From: Ramazzottius varieornatus
Taxonomy: Eukaryota > Animalia > Tardigrada
Assembly (NCBI GenBank): GCA_001949185.1
Contig: BDGG01000003.1
Span: 3,145,158-3,209,157 of the forward strand
Length of the DNA stretch: 64,000 bases
Direction: 5' to 3'
This document shows positions 52,201 to 64,000 of this stretch, piece by piece. Made by a program: the position numbers and the translations under genes. The notes below the pieces were generated by a model. The model saw only the letters and a list, made by a program, of their open reading frames with translations. It did not search any database and was not told where the DNA came from. Position 1 is the first letter of the stretch. The number at the start of each line of letters is the position of its first letter.

Positions 52201-54497
52201 GTCAGGCCGCTGTACAGCACTACACGCAAGCTCAAGCGGCAGATGTGAAGCTGAGCGCCACCTATAGGAACTGCGCACCTATGCTGGAGAAGTACTGCCG
52301 TGGTCAACTAACGAAGGAGTCTACGTTCGATGACGCCATGGACTGCCTGATACCCTACAAGGATGAGCCGGAAATGTCCCCGCAGTGCATGGCCGAAATT
52401 CATCACTACCAACTGGTAAGTTCTCAGTTATCATTTGTTTTATGTTCAGAATTCTGGATTTACCCATGATCACGTTATTGTAGATTAATATCCAAGAATA
52501 TCAGCTAAACATCCGATTCAAAGAATCGTGTAAAGAGGACATCATCAACTTCTGCAGTGCAGAAACACGCGACATGTAAGTCAAAGTGGTTCGCCTTTCA
52601 GCTTCATCTCAAAGTCTGCCTTAGCCATTTCTGGACCCTTCTGAAGTACTGTAACCACGTGAACCGTAAATGATGCCCGGGTGAAAGTTAGAGACTACAC
52701 TGAGTCATCTGATCGTACTTGGCAACGATGACTCATCACGTGGTTGAGTGCGCGATACTTTGGTAGCACTACAGTACAATGCTTGAAATCTTACGAACTT
52801 TTCTTTTCAGCGGCGAAGTGATAGTTTGCCTTAGTTCCATATTCCGTGATGACACCTTGTCCAACAGCAAGCAGCGAATCAGCAAAGCTTGTCGATCGCA
52901 ACTACGGCATGAACTGCTCTCCAGAGTGAGTAGCTATTTTGATGCAATGCGGTGTACTGTATCCCACTTACCTTTATGGGTTAACAGGCACAAGAAGCTT
53001 CTCTGGATCCGATGATAAAGAATGCTTGCGACCAAGACATCCAGAAGCACTGTCCACCCACTGTCATCGACCAAGGTGGCGTCCTTGAGTGTCTCCGACA
53101 GAAGGTGAACCAGCTGACTTCGCAATGTCACAAGAGACTTTTCAAGATTGAGCAGCTACAAGCTGTGGATGAGCACGCCGACTACACATTAGTCCAAGCA
53201 TGTCGGCGTGTCATCGAGAAAAAGTGCCGCGATGTGGATGGAGACCAACTGCTACCTTGCCTGATCGAGGCGCAGAAGAACGGGGAAGTGGACCCGAAGT
53301 GCGGCAAGGTGATCGCGACGAGACAGTTGGAAGAGTACAAGGATGTCAGGTTGAACCCTGCATTGTATAAAGTGTGTAACCAGGATATGCAGAAGCACTG
53401 CAAGAAGGAACTGAAGAAGCTACTGGATCAAGAGAATGAGGCGAAAAGTGAGGTGGAAGATGACCTGATGTCCTGTTTGAAGAAACATAAAAAGAATCTG
53501 AGTGCGCAATGTGGGAATCAGATTCGCGAAATGATGAAAGAATCGGCACAAAATTACAAACTGGTAAATACTTTATCAAATTTATTTGAGTGGTCAACAC
53601 ATGCATGTAAATTTTTACGCACCTGCGTACACTTTCGTCGTAACAGATACACGACAAGTGTGTATGCAGATACTTGCAATGCAAGAGCGTCTCCTTTGGG
53701 AGTATGGCTGCTTGTCTGGCATGGACCTGCATACTTACGTACCGCATACGTTGTCACATCATGGTGTATGCAGGTTGTGGAAGGCCTTTAGTATGGTTTT
53801 CGTATCGCTTATGGCTAACTGCATCCCTTTCCAGGATCCGAAACTCGCCGATGTCTGCGCTCAGGATATTCAGATGTTCAGCGCGGACCAAAGAGAAGAG
53901 AAAGGGGAAGTTATGGAATACCTCAAAGGGCTCATGAAGGAACATAAACTCAAAGAAAGATGCGCGATGGAAGTCGCCCGAAGAGTTGCCGAAGGTATCG
54001 CTCGTAATAAGCCGTAGTCGTCGTACAAAGTTAACGCTGTTAACAAGGCTTGTGGATTCATTGCAGGAAAAGCCGATATTTATGTTGATCCGATACTATA
54101 CTCGGCCTGCCAGGTTGATTTGAATAAACTGTGTTACGGCATTCAGCCCGGTGAGGGAAGACAGTTCCAGTGTCTGACGTACGCTCTATCTGACGGACGG
54201 GAAATGTCAGCAGCATGTCAGTTGAAGATGAAGGAACGCATGCAGTTTGTGAAATACGCCTCCGAGGTACGTTCTTTACTTTGACGGAACAAATTATGAG
54301 AATTAACGCTTGTTATTTCTTTCCCGTAGATATACGTTCCGGAGAACCTTGAGGAACTCGCTTCCAGTATAGTAGAGAGTCCAGCTAGGTATTATTTTCT
54401 TTCGATAACGGGTGGCTTTCTGTTGGCGGTGCTGGTCATCGGCATATGTTGTGGAAGAGCTACGAAGAGAGTTCGAAGGGAACTCAAGAATCGATGA
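49272..54497 (+). CDS. GLG1: Golgi apparatus protein 1 (GLG1/ESL-1/CFR), multi-exon
   Basis: Signal peptide, many Cys-rich GLG1 repeats (VFSDYRLV..FAEAC..DV..LNCG, ELQADDFHLDR, DVRLNPALYKVC), TM helix and cytoplasmic tail CGRATKRVRRELKNR*. Confidence 0.94.
51473..51571. repeat. Best-preserved copy of a dispersed 70-100 bp palindromic element (about 16 copies in the window)
   Basis: Arms AAC.AACTYGACAAGATCGTTTTYCCAAGTGGCG and their reverse complement flank a 24-25 nt spacer. Other copies near 2171, 6481, 8936, 9580, 13968, 18568, 20918, 29045, 29123, 36108, 39283, 42551, 55440, 56620 and 59743. Confidence 0.9.
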
Positions 54498-55045
54498 GAC
54501 AACTTTGCTTCCCGCTGTGTTCTTTTTTGAAAACTTTGCTAACAGATCCGTATAGTCAGTGATATTTTTCTGCCACTTTTAAGCTTGTTTTTGCTTATAC
54601 CTCTGATTCTTCAACTCCGGTACGGAAAAAAACATATATCACCGTTTAACACACAAAGTTTTTCTGATGGAATGTAGCAATGGATCAAGGAATGGATGGT
54701 ACTCCAAATTGGACAGAGACGGAAGTATAATCTCCCTTTTTTACGTCCTTGGAGATGCTTTAGCTTCTTACTGAGAGTCGTGTTGAAAGCGAACTCACAG
54801 GATGTGGGAGAAGAATTCCCTCAGCATCGGTCTGGGAATGTTTTAGGTGTGATACTGAGTTACTGAAAGGTTATCCAGATAGACCTTAGGAGTGAGGCAT
54901 CACAAATCAACGGTTAGAGAACAGCCCAGGGTTCGCTGCACAGTGTTGCAAAACGAAGGCAGCAGCCAAGAATGTCTGGCGACAGAATTATAGTCTACTT
55001 GTGTAATTTGGCCGGGAGGAGAATACAATCTAAAACCGACAAACG

Positions 55046-58000
55046 TCATGCTTTCCTTTTTCTTCTACCAAGGGAAGGTGCTAGACTCTTCGCAGCGGCA
55101 GCCGTCCTTGTCTTGGACTGCGCTATTGTTTTCGCGGAGGTTGGGGAAACTGACTGCGAAGGGGTAACTGGTGGTTGGACGTGGTTGTCCAGTGGTATCT
55201 CGACAACGTTGTCGACAGTGCTCGGAGGGTACTCGGGAATCTGGATTGTTACACCTTCTATTAGGTCGTCCGTAGGAACGTCTTCCTCGAAAGCGTTAAG
55301 GAAATCGTCCACATCGGCCAGATCCTCCGGAGTACCCTGCATGTTGAAATTATCGGTCAGCTCGTTCCCTGCAATTGAGAAACATTCAGTCAAACCGTAT
55401 TACGGTCCCACTCAACAAACTCGACAAGAGTTAAAGTCAGCAAGATTGTTCCTTAAGTGGCACACGTTTCAATGCTATTGGCTGAGAGCGTGCGCAACTT
55501 GGAACAACGATCTTGCCCAGTTTGTCTGGCAAAGGACTATACGCATACCTGGATATACACCATTGCCGTCGACAAGTTGCGTCATGTTCCAGGGACTAGA
55601 CTGCCCATCCTGAAGAAAGATGGTTTGTGCAACCTCGACGTTGCGGCCCATAGAAAAGTATTACAGTTACCAAGAGAAGTCAAAGAGTTACCTGCGTCAC
55701 TGGTACACCCATTGTGGAGGTCGATGCCGTATTGGCATCGGGAAACAGGTTGAGTAGTTGATTTAATTCTAGCTGGTATGAGGGACTTTGCAAGAGATCA
55801 CGAATTGAATCCAGGTTTGCCTGCATTGTATCCACCTGCTCTTCCAGTTGCGCACTGCAAGGCAAAAGTCAAGACATGTTAGGACGTCTCGGTGAAAAAG
55901 ATGGGAGCACTTCTACTCACCCACTGACAGAAGTGTCAAGGTTGCCATTGGCCACTTCCGGTACGACAGGTACCGGATAACTGTTGACCGCGGCTTGTTC
56001 AACGTTGTTGCCCGGCGTGCTGACTCTCTCCAGCGCTAGCTGTTCTTTCCCTCCGACTCCCTGACTTGTCAAGAAATGCATGATCTGCTCGTTGGTCAAG
56101 TTCAGCGGAACTAGCGCTTGTTGTGGAACCAGACTGGTACTTGGTGCCGTACCACTACTCACTGGCGAGCCCACCTGGCTGGGCGTCGCCGGTGACGGCA
56201 TAGAAACAGGTGAGGAAGGTGCACGGGAACCTACAAGATGGTCATAACGTGGTGCAGCAAGGTTGGCCTGTTGATTCTTGAAGAGTCTGAATAGAGTATC
56301 GAGAAGGTCGGAAGGTATGCCTAGCTTCTGCGCTTCGGCGGAACGGCTAAGGGTCATGCTAGCTTCTACGGAGGAGATACCTGTGCGGGTGGAGGCTAAC
56401 GCTCTGGAGAGTTCTCTCAGAGCTCGACCCTGCGCTCTCGACGTCGAATCATTACTCTCTACAAAAGACACAATACTCCCATAACCGAATACCAGCGATT
56501 GAGATCATCATCCATATTTCGTCTTGTGAAACATCACGGAAGGAATAGTGGCTCCTGAGTCACGTTTCACCCCTTTATCTAATTTCTTGAACGTGGGAAA
56601 TGCAATGAGCCAGTGCGCTATCTCAAGTGGCGCACATTTTCAGTGCTACTGGCTGACCGTGTGCGCGACTGGGGAAAACAAGCTGGTTCAAATCATTTTT
56701 CAAGTCCCATCTATGAGTTTGTGTCTTCGCTTGGATATCAAAATTCAGGGAAAAAGAATGATGAGCTCAATCACTTACGAAGTAAGTTGTCCCAGTCGAG
56801 GGATTCTGGTTCTTGCTGAGAGTACGCAGGACTCCATACATCCGTGACATCTCGAATGATGGGACCTTGGTGATTTCCATTCGCAAAACTGATGGCTTGC
56901 TGTAGGACCAGAATAAGACCGACAAATCACAAAGTGAACCCGAATGTTTCTGTGAACAACACACTCTGAAAGATAATACTTACAGAGTCGTTTAATCGTT
57001 GCCGTTTTGCAGGAGACGTTCCATTCAGCAGGTTAGTCTGATCTTGGATGGCCAAATGAGACGGTGCAGCACGGATGGTTGGTCCGTTGCCATTATTGTG
57101 GAGAAGGGTTATGAAGAATTCGATTAACTATGGAGAGGCAAAGAGCCATGACACTCCTGAACACAATGCCGAAGGGAAGTTGACGGTACCTTGTTTACAA
57201 CAGCTTGTTGTTGGGCATGTTTTCTCCGCATTTCTTGCAGTTCATTATACATGCTTTCGTTTTCCCGTTTCAGCTGGGTCAGTTGTTCATCTACGGTTTC
57301 CTGCCTCTCCCGCAACGCCCTGACGTCGTTTAGAACGACAGTCAAGTCTTGCTCCGGAACTTTGACAGGAACATGGACTGCGCTGCTGTTGCTGCCATTC
57401 GTTACGACATCCCCCGCAGACGCTCTTTGTGCTATAGCCCTCTCCACAGCTTTCGTCGACGTTGGCTACAAACACCTTCGGATCAGCACAAGCGGAACGA
57501 GTATAATCCAGCAAGAACGGCGAAACTAAACAACATTCCAACTAACCTTCCGCTTGATTCGAATCAACAGCTCTTCATGGCCGCGAAGGAAATTTGGATT
57601 ATAAAATTCCATCTCGTCTTTCGTGCTCTTGAGGGAGTTCGAGTCCAGCTTGATGACTTTCTTGAACTCGTCTGCAACATAATAGTTATGTATGGCAGCA
57701 CTGAACGGTGCCATATGACCACCCGAGGATAATTCAATAGTTTGTCTTACACATATTCAGTACACGGACGAAGGATGCCATATTGCGATGTTTGAAGTAC
57801 TGGGGCAGCAGGTGTTTCGCAAAGGTTGCTGGATCGTGGACCACAAAGCTTGTGCCACTCTGGAAAAAAGACAAGGCATGTTCGCAGGAAGAGTAAGGGT
57901 TCGTGTATAGAATGATCTCAGCAGGCAGCAACGATGGATAATTAAGCAAATATCGTACCGAACTCCATCGTATCAGCGAGTTGGTCTTGGAATCTTCCAC

Positions 58001-58063
58001 CAAGTTCCATAGCTTCGCCAAGAACATAGGGATATCCTTCTTCCCTGGAGTTGATTTCTCCAT
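55046..58063 (-). CDS. Hsf: Heat shock transcription factor, multi-exon
   Basis: [16 protein letters not shown]...[39 protein letters not shown]...[10 protein letters not shown]...IKRK; HR-A/B coiled coil [26 protein letters not shown]; HR-C-like [19 protein letters not shown]. Confidence 0.93.
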
Positions 58064-59125
58064 TGGTGATGTCGACACGCCAAGACAGAAGCCCGTGGAT
58101 AGTGACGGGAACAATGGTCCAACTCTACTCCAAGGTTAGATGAGGCGATCACAGAAGGCTTTTCTTCGATGAGATCTGTGGTCTTTCCACTCCTACTCCA
58201 TCCCTCTAGCCAAGTTTACTGTTCAGATGCTGTGAGACCAGATATGTGTCACAAGCGGAAATGCTTCCCATGTTTGTGGAAATGTGGAAGAGAAAACTAG
58301 CTGAAAGCAAAATCAGAAAACATTTGAAATGAAAGAAAACAAAAAGTCTGAGACGGCGAATTTTGGCCAGTCAACACAGTTGATTGCTGATCGATTCTCG
58401 GTCCGAGTCGGTCGGGATAAAACCAAGTCAGGCGTCTTGTATTTATCTACGTTTGATTGACTGATAGTTCTTGCCACAGTTGGGATTCTCGATCCGCAAT
58501 CTCCAGAGACGCTCCGGAGTTCGGATCATGATCATCCCAAAAGATGGCGCTTCGGGCCCTAAAGCATGACGAGGGACCGCTAGATCAGTATGAAGATGCA
58601 GATTGCTTTCACTTCCACGTCCTGAGCTTTTTGGGTGGGGCTTTTGGACAACAGACAACCGATTTGTAATGCCCTAACTGGACTTCGGTCATCTCTGTGT
58701 CGATTTGGAAACTAACCGGTGCGTTCGCCGTTTTACAAACTTCCCAAGAGCTCTACAACTTGATGAAAGTCGTTTTCCGTCTCTTAGCATGTATTTCTAG
58801 AAGCGGATTTCTAGAAGCTCTCGGCTGGCCTGTGTAGTACGCGAAAAAAAGGTCGGCACAGATATCAAGGAACCCGGAAGTGAGAAGAACCTGGTGCTGG
58901 ACTACCGGTTCAACGAGTTTAGTTTTGTGTTTACTCATCCCTGGACAACTATCTATTTTCAGTAGTTATCAAAATGCAGGCCGACACCAGCTTTTAAAAC
59001 AGATATCCATGGTGCAGAAGGTAAATGAATGGAAGCACTGTACTTTACTGAACATGTGCAGACGGAACCGTTCCACAAAATCGATAACAACGTTGACAGT
59101 AAAAATGGCGATCGGTCTTTGAAAC

Positions 59126-59942
59126 TTATTTCGAGATGGATCCTCGCTTGGGTGGCGGCCCGAAAGCTGGCAGGTCCGGGTTGGTTTCCTGCAGCTTTGT
59201 TCCGAGTGCGTTGAGGCAGACGGTAACTTGAGGGATGTCTTTCTTGTCGTACAAATCATTAGTCTGGAATATTTCGTACGAGCGGAGTCCCAACTTGGAA
59301 GCGGCCTGGATGAAGTTACCAATGTTCTCTCGCTGGGACGCCTCGATGTTGTTCGTATTGATCTTCTGAGGCAACAAGTCCGGGCGGATCTTCTTCATAA
59401 AGCGAGCGAGGACCGTACCGTCATGCAGGACGTTCTCGAACGGTTGGTCCTGGGGAAGCGACTCTCCCAGAATCCCGAAGATCCATCGTAGAGCCGCTTG
59501 TTCCGTGCTAGCATCCCGCTTCGCGGCGATCTAGGAAAAAACGGGCAGACCATCAAGAAGCTGTCACGACCCCATAACACATAGCGAGTACGAAACAGGG
59601 ATAAAAATCATCGTAGACTTAATTATACGAGTTTTCATCGTAAAGTTGAGGAAACACAAGATTGTTCGCAGGCTCTGACATTGCGATTTCGGGGCTGTTA
59701 AGTACGAATATAACAATCTGGTCGTCGGTGACTGAACTGAATCAGATCGTAGCTCAAGTGGCGTATGTTCCATTGTTGCTAGTCACAAAAGTGCGCCACT
59801 TGGAGAGCACGATTTGGTCGAATCATTTGCCGCCGTCCCATTCAGCTTGAAGTTCGACGCCGAAGTGGTTCAGTTCCAGCCTGGACCCTGGAGTACTTAC
59901 CCTCTTGTTCATCTGATCGGTAAGTCCGTATTCGTGAGGCAT
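59126..59942 (-). CDS. Calponin/transgelin/Mp20-like CH-domain protein, 2 coding exons
   Basis: MPHEYGLTDQMNKR/IAAKRDASTEQAALRWIFGILG...LHDGTVLARFMKKI...ENIGNFIQAA...FQTNDLYDKKDIPQV; intron 59900-59531. Confidence 0.88.
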
Positions 59943-60605
59943 GTTGGCAGTTTGTTGTGGATTCCGCGGCTAGTTAAAAGGCAGGACTCTGGACGTTCAC
60001 TAAAAACCGGAAGAATGCCGGTGGAGTACAAGACACGAAAGGAATAAATTGTTTGAGTTCTTCTTGGTGAACCGAAAAGATTTTGACGGCGGCAACTGCA
60101 CAACTTGAACTGCTCTTCTCGGTCCTAGTGTATGTACCACAAAACTTACAGACAACAAGTCAACAATTCTGTGACACACTGACACGGAAGTAGAGGAAGA
60201 TACATATTCTGGCAAGCCTATATAAGCATACAGCTACTGCTTGTTGTTGAGATGTATCGGGTTTGGTTGTCCAAATAGGGTCAACTGTTACGGTGCAAGT
60301 GGACGAGGGTTTATTTATGGAATATGTTGAAGACCGCTGCATGCCGCTGAGGAAAATGCCCTAGCGTGTTTAGAAAAGATGGAAATGCCGGCTAACAGGA
60401 TGCAGTATAGGGCAGACCAGCATGAAATTTTGAATATTGTAGGAGTGATTCAGGAGAGTGTGAACGATGAGTGATACGGAGTGCAGTAGTCAACACTTGC
60501 CTTTGGTTACACATTCACCACGAAACCAGTTTGATCTGATGTACTAGACTGCAGTAAGGTCCATATTTGAAACACTATGTTTCTGGCTGCGCCATGTCTG
60601 AGTCT

Positions 60606-63554
60606 TCAAGCGACGCCGTTGGGCTGATGGGGATCGGGATGATTGTTCTCGTCACCACTTCGGATCTTTCGTAGCGCTTCCGTAACGAGACAGAGTTCCC
60701 CTTTGAGTTCGTTGACTACATTGGCAATCTGTTGAGGGTTGTGCAGGATGTCGACAGTTTGGGTGTATGGGTTGTATCGCACATTAAACGGTCGCTTGAT
60801 AGAGCGAGCAAACTCCCTATTGGCAGGCATCAAAGTAAGAAATATAGAGTTCGACCAGAGACTTGGCGTTCTGCAACCTTACCGCATTTGCTCCTTCGCT
60901 TCGTCGAAGCTTTCGTTGTAAAAGTACACGTTCTGATAGGTCGTGATAATACATTCTTCGTTGCAAGTTACTGCTGGATCGAAGGGCAGCTTCTTCGCCT
61001 CCGAGCTCAAGACATGCTGCAAATACAGATAAACGTCATAAAAGAAACAGAAGATTAGTCTTATCGGAAAATGTGGTACCTGGAGCTCGCCATAAGAAGA
61101 CAGCAGACCGGCGCCATACGCTCGTAGCTCCCCATCCTGGCGACACAGCCCAAACTCCACAGTGAAGAAGTAGCATGTCGCTAGTTTCGCGATTTCCTCA
61201 TCGCTAGCGCCCAAAGACTGCAAACCAATCTCCTGGGAGAACTGAGCGAAACCGGGATCAGCCTACGTCAAGGACCGACTTTGACCTTTTCACACACGGT
61301 GATCAAACAAAGTCTCTTGTACATTTTTTCCACCAGTATTAAGTCACTAACGTGGTCTACTTACTAGCAGGGGAATATGTCCCAGCAGTTCATGGCAGCA
61401 ATCCCTAAGCAAAAGTGGACACACAACCCCAGTAATCTCAAATTCATACACTAGTTTGAGTTTGTCCAGCGTACACAAATTCATCAGCTAAGCTCGCGTC
61501 ACGTCTTAAGCTTGGCACTTTTCTGACTGAAGTGCTGTTTACGTCCGACTTACGGTTCTGGAGTGTACAATGGAGAGGATGAATGGCGAATATATTGAGT
61601 GCAATGGAATACCCGAAACCTACAAGAACCATGAGACATGAATTTCATGGCACAATAAGCCAAATAAGTTTTAGGAAGGCTAGATCAGTGCTTACGCCAA
61701 GCCCGCCAAGAAGTCCCGAGAGCTGAGATAGCCAGCCACCGGCCGAACCGAGAAGCCTGTGCGGTCCTTCAGGAACAATGAGATGTCCTGTAGCTGCGGT
61801 ACGTTGTCCACCCTAACACAAAATTACTGTTTAACAAACCAAGGCATTCGTCTCCTCAGCAAGAGGCGACACGGGAGAGGAAAACCGCCGATCTCCTGCG
61901 TGGTAAGGGAGGCACTGTTTGGCGCACCTGTAACCGCAGTGACGTGCCAGAAGCGGGATATTCTCCAGAACTTCCCGACAAGCATGAGTTGGATACAACT
62001 TCAACAGCTCGGTGAACACAGTTCCCCTAAATGATCAGAGAACGTTTGCAGATCAGAGACTCATGGTCGAATATTACATAGACTTACCAGGTTTTAATCT
62101 CTTCTTCCGTGTACTTGATCCGCGGTATGGGTCGCCCACTGCAACAATCAAAATCAAATTTAATCGAATTAAAAAGCCAAGAATTATTTCTTTTCATTTT
62201 CTCGGCGTTGGCAAGTGAAAACTGCGGCACCACGTACTGCTTGTATCGTAGAGCCAAGTCCGCAAAGTACTGCCTTCGTTTGCGGTATGCCGGATCCTTG
62301 AATCCCTATAAAACAGAACGAAGACCATATTGCAAGCAATATTGGCCAATCAGAGTCCTCTTAATGACCATTCAAACTGACATAATATGAACCGGAAGTG
62401 CGTTCCTTTCCCGTGTTATTCAAGACTGGAGGATGACGTCAGGGAACCCACAAGATGCATACAGTTGACTGTTGATCGTTGATTGAGGCCCTTCTGGGCA
62501 CACAAAACTACAGGGCACGATTTGGGACAGCATAGCTTTTCTTACACATAACATCCAACCGGATGCAGGCAGCACGATCAAGGTTCCATCCTTTGGGTAT
62601 TTTTACATTTTGGGTTTATCGAGTTTAATTCCAGAATGCAGAAAACTAGAATCTTACCGGATGGTCAGCGTCCAATTCGACTCCATACGTCAGCACACGA
62701 TGGGCGCTCTTGTCCAGATCTCCGATCCGTCGAGGAAACCATGGCATGCCATAAACCTCTACAAACCTGGCCGATCAGCTCACGGTTTCAGGAGAGAAAA
62801 CAACAGAAGGAATGAAACAAACCGGGAGGTTCGAGCTGACACAAAGCATCCGCTCCATCGATTGATTCCTGGACACTTTGTTGGTAAGTCAGCCGTTTCT
62901 TCAGCAAGTTGCACACTTGCGTCATCTTCGCGTCATCGCATTCGACGTCAACGAAGACCTCGCATTCGGCTTCGTCATTGCCGTGCGCCGCTTTGCGAGA
63001 CTCGATGCGCCCAATACTCACATTGTTCTCCTAAGTAACTACGCTGTTTAGATTATTGGGCAACGCTAATTGTTTTCGTACTACAGACTTGAAGACTCAC
63101 CCGAAACACCGTAAGAGCCTGTGTCAAGCTGTCCACTTCGTTCCTCAAAGAGAAGACGACGCTCTTCGTGTCTCGCGTGGTACCCTTCTTGAAGACCTCG
63201 CTTTCTTCTTCGAAATTCTGAAGCTTATCCTAAAGTATAGAGGACACATTTGCCACTTTTCTTCTGTAGTTTCAAAGCAGTGTCACAGCAGTGGAAACGT
63301 TCCGCGGAATGTTCCTCGCTGGGATACTTGATGAAATCGACAGGCAATATATGCGTGAGAGCGCATAATCAAGGTAAGAATTTCCAGTTTGATTTTTGTC
63401 AACAGTATACGGGCTTGTAGAAGGCTATAACTTAAAAACAGCGGCTAACCTTTTCGAAGAGGTCATGGAGTGAAAAGGCGTGTGGATCCGGAGTACTTGC
63501 CGCGCGTTTCCTCATCGTCAACCTTCTGGTAGAAGACGGCTCTGGGTGCTCCAT
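60606..63554 (-). CDS. Trh: Tryptophan 5-hydroxylase, multi-exon
   Basis: ACT domain; [14 protein letters not shown] (Tyr as in TPH), [26 protein letters not shown] (Fe ligands), [11 protein letters not shown] (Phe as in TPH, not the Trp of PAH/TH), ECIITTYQ, C-terminal tetramerisation helix. Confidence 0.92.
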
Positions 63555-64000
63555 TGGTCAAGATGGAGAATTTCAGGGGACGAAACAGAGAACGCAACAA
63601 TGGAGGGAAAAAAGGGTCAAGTGCATTAGAGAGTCAAGGCTGACGATGACGAGAGGAGTGATCCCGGAAGTTGGATGAGGCTGTTTAAGTTCTCCAGTCT
63701 AATTCGCACCACGGAAAGGGTGAGGTAACTGTATCAATAATGAAATTCAAGTGCTGATCTCACTGCTGGGATATAAACACGAAAGCTGGACAGATTCTCG
63801 CGCTGAGTGATGTCTTTTAGTTACAGCCTCACTTCCGGTCGACGTGAGGCGAAACCAATTGGGATTGCTATAAAACTTCCCCACACTTCCTCGTTGTTTG
63901 AATCATATCCGGTGAGCCGTTATCTCCTGTTTGCTAACGCGTAAATCTAGACAGGTTGATGTGATCCTACTTTTTGACATTTACCAGATGGAAACCGTCC

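Noticed and set aside
58795-58816. Two TTCTAGAA dyads upstream of Hsf as an autoregulatory HSE
   Set aside because: Each has only two nGAAn units, they are out of phase, and they probably lie in the neighbouring gene's 3' UTR; too weak to call.
2171-59817. Recurring palindromes as a CRISPR array or bacterial REP/terminator
   Set aside because: Copies are dispersed kilobases apart inside spliceosomal introns of animal genes; there is no repeat-spacer array and no cas or RAYT gene.
60606-63554. Phenylalanine or tyrosine hydroxylase assignment
   Set aside because: Specificity residues (AGYLS, CYFFT, CIITT) match tryptophan hydroxylase.

Overview
Gene-dense, intron-rich animal genomic DNA with short GT-AG introns (mostly about 55-100 nt). 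The compactness, base composition, rGC/GPCR paralogy and gene set suggest a tardigrade such as Ramazzottius; this is inference and was not verified. About 16 spliced or single-exon genes are present: the 3' end of a guanylyl cyclase, a full receptor guanylyl cyclase, a small secreted Cys-rich peptide gene that the ORF track shows only in part, an LRRC23-like gene, a divergent Gs-alpha-like gene, an ENT nucleoside transporter, a CAP-Gly+RING protein, a Polycomb/CBX gene, Ir25a, a class A GPCR plus a GPCR relic, PSME4/PA200, a CYP2-clan P450, GLG1, HSF, a calponin/Mp20-like gene and tryptophan hydroxylase. Non-coding DNA carries several MITEs and about 16 copies of a 70-100 bp palindromic element, mostly intronic. 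The most interesting items are (1) a receptor guanylyl cyclase whose catalytic motif matches the soluble-GC alpha half-site, next to a paralog with an intact site, (2) a hidden two-exon 94-aa pre-pro-peptide with a WPW-repeat/6-Cys C-terminus, (3) a Gs-alpha paralog with Lys at the Ras-G12-equivalent position, (4) a CAP-Gly-RING fusion, and (5) the dispersed intronic hairpin family. Exon boundaries were read by eye and are approximate.
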